Positions 61,822-64,000 of a stretch of 64,000 nucleotides of DNA are shown piece by piece. The position numbers were made by a program, and so were the translations under genes. The notes beneath the pieces were generated by a model, which was not told the origin of the DNA, did no database searches, and saw only the letters and a program-made list of their open reading frames with translations. Positions within the stretch are counted from its first letter, which is position 1. Each line of letters opens with the position of its first letter. Source of the stretch: Chara braunii (lineage: Eukaryota; Plantae; Charophyceae); the NCBI GenBank assembly GCA_003427395.1, contig BFEA01000036.1, positions 3,849,747-3,913,746 of the forward strand, given 5' to 3'.

Positions 61822-62549
61822 GCATTCATTATTTTTTTTCATTTTTTATTTTTTTTCACAGCATTCATTATTGGATACTCGGCGATGGTTTCAGCATAGA
61901 GCCAGATTTGCCTTTAACATTACTCTGTAAGCGCCCCCTATAAGGCATCCGACCCATATAAACTACCCAACATGCAAGTTTCCAAANNNNNNNNNNNNNN
62001 NNNNNNNNNNNNNNNNNNNNNNNNNNNNNNNNNNNNNNNNNNNNNNNNNNNNNNNNNNNNNNNNNNNNNNNNNNNNNNNNNNNNNNNNNNNNNNNNNNNN
62101 NNNNNNNNNNNNNNNNNNNNNNNNNNNNNNNNNNNNNNNNNNNNNNNNNNNNNNNNNNNNNNNNNNNNNNNNNNNNNNNNNNNNNNNNNNNNNNNNNNNN
62201 NNNNNNNNNNNNNNNNNNNNNNNNNNNNNNNNNNNNNNNNNNNNNNNNNNNNNNNNNNNNNNNNNNNNNNNNNNNNNNNNNNNNNNNNNNNNNNNNNNNN
62301 NNNNNNNNNNNNNNNNNNNNNNNNNNNNNNNNNNNNNNNNNNNNNNNNNNNNNNNNNNNNNNNNNNNNNNNNNNNNNNNNNNNNNNNNNNNNNNNNNNNN
62401 NNNNNNNNNNNNNNNNNNNNNNNNNNNNNNNNNNNNNNNNNNNNNNNNNNNNNNNNNNNNNNNNNNNNNNNNNNNNNNNNNNNNNNNNNNNNNNNNNNNN
62501 NNNNNNNNNNATAAGCTCCGATCTATTCCTGGTGAGCAGCACGTGCTGC

Positions 62550-62995
62550 TGGCCTTCAACCTGCATTTGTCCTCCTGCTGGCAATAGACCTGGCCTTGAA
62601 CCTGCATAGATTTTGTCCTCCTGGTGGCAATAGACCAGGATGGCCAGGAAGAGATCGGATCCATCCTGGGGAGGGACACATGCGGGTTCAAGGCTGGGTC
62701 TATTGCCACGAGGAGGGCCAGGTCTATTGCCACCAGGAGGACAAAATCAATGCCACCATTCAAGGCCAGGTCTATTGCCACCAGGAGGGCCAGGTCTATT
62801 GCCACCAGGAGGGCCAGGTCTATTGCCACCAGGAGGGCCAGATCTATTGCCACCATTCAAGGCCAGGTCTATTGCCACCACGAGGGCCAGGTCTATTGCC
62901 ACCAGGAGCGCCAGGTCTATTGCCACCAGTAGGGCCAGGTATATCGCCACCAGGAGGACAAAATCAATGCAGGTTCAAGGCCAGGTATATCGTCA
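62550..62995. repeat. 24-bp minisatellite (AGGTCTATTGCCACCAGGAGGGCC, about 10 units) with an inverted block upstream
   Basis: Units at 62697-62992. 62550-62638 is the reverse complement of the same units. Confidence 0.9.
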
Positions 62996-63435
62996 TCGAC
63001 TATTCGACTTGTCCGCCGGTTCCTCCTGGTGTTAAGAGCCCCTGGTGATAGGAACCAGCGGACAAGTCGATGGGTCCAGTCTACTCGTGGGGAGCGACAC
63101 ATGCAAGAGGAAACAGGGTCCAGCATACTCCAAGGTGGGTGCGTACTATGGGGAATTATGCCCCCAGTATCTCTTTACGGGGTCCAAATGTGAGGTTCCC
63201 GGCCCCAGTGGGATAGAATGTCATAGGGGCGGCCAGCTGCATCCCTCCTCCATTACATTGACACGAAAACCAGGGAAACGTTACACGAAGGAGAGCAAAA
63301 AAAAAAGGGTAAGATTGCGAATGTCAATCGCTACATTCTGCACCGTTCCACAAACAAGTCCAGATTCTGGCGCTCAATCCAATCCTCTTTGCTAGTGGGA
63401 CCTCGCCCCTGGTAAACATCATCCATTCACACACA

Positions 63436-63510
<75 letters not shown>

Positions 63511-64000
63511 TACACACATATAGACACACATACGCGCGGATGGACGGTGACCCGATGCCGGCGATGCTGTGGGGCACCTGCGCGGATTCCAAGATGTGGA
63601 CCGTAGATTACGATGATCGACGGCGAGAAACATTTAACTGAGGATGGGGCAGGGTACCGGTTGCTGGCGTCGGGACACGGGGGCCGCAGGTAACAGAGAT
63701 CAACGGGGGGAGTGTCTGTGAATCCTTGGGAAGTCGGACCTCGGTGAGAGGGAGTGACTCTGCAACCGACACAGTTCAATGGGAGGCCCCGACGCCACGT
63801 TCAAAAAAGAAAAAAAAAGAAAAAAAGAAAAAAAAAGAAAAAAAGAAAAAAAAAACAAATTGTGGGGACCACTGCGGCATTAGGGCCTGAAGCCTGTCCG
63901 CACCAGATTGAGCATCGTTCCCCCGGCCCGGTTCGAACCACGGGCGAGGTCCAATTAGCAAAGAGGATCGGATTGAGCTCCTGAATCTGGACGTGTTGTA

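Noticed and set aside
62697-62992. 24-bp repeats resembling a CRISPR array or CTCF sites
   Set aside because: No unique spacers and no cas genes, and the context is eukaryotic. CTCF is animal-specific.
63864-63952. tRNA-like sequence with GGTTCGAACC
   Set aside because: No convincing D or anticodon arm. The 3' part is the terminus of the MITE family also seen at 63355-63411.

Overview
Eukaryotic, repeat-dominated draft-assembly DNA with seven N-gaps and many (CA)n/(GA)n/(CTT)n/(CAAT)n and homopolymer tracts. The style and element types suggest a streptophyte alga such as Chara; this is inference only. One convincing host CDS is present: an uninterrupted 1917-codon ORF (23895-29648, +), mostly low-complexity, with a split BAH-like/Cys-His C-terminal module. 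The rest is largely decayed mobile DNA. It includes three divergent Penelope-like retroelements with the GIY-YIG nuclease N-terminal to the RT and an upstream zinc-knuckle/SAP-like ORF; one has ~1.07-kb terminal direct repeats that each hold a minimal hammerhead ribozyme motif. There are two L1-type LINE 3' ends that share an identical 31-nt tail motif, many hAT (8-bp TSD) and Mutator-type (9-bp TSD) non-autonomous elements, and ultra-short poly(A) insertions with TSDs. The most unusual signal is four U6 snRNA-derived copies within 25 kb. All four carry extra bases at the same spot just after the ACAGAGA box, and several have retroposition hallmarks. This points to a U6-derived SINE-like family or a variant U6 master gene.
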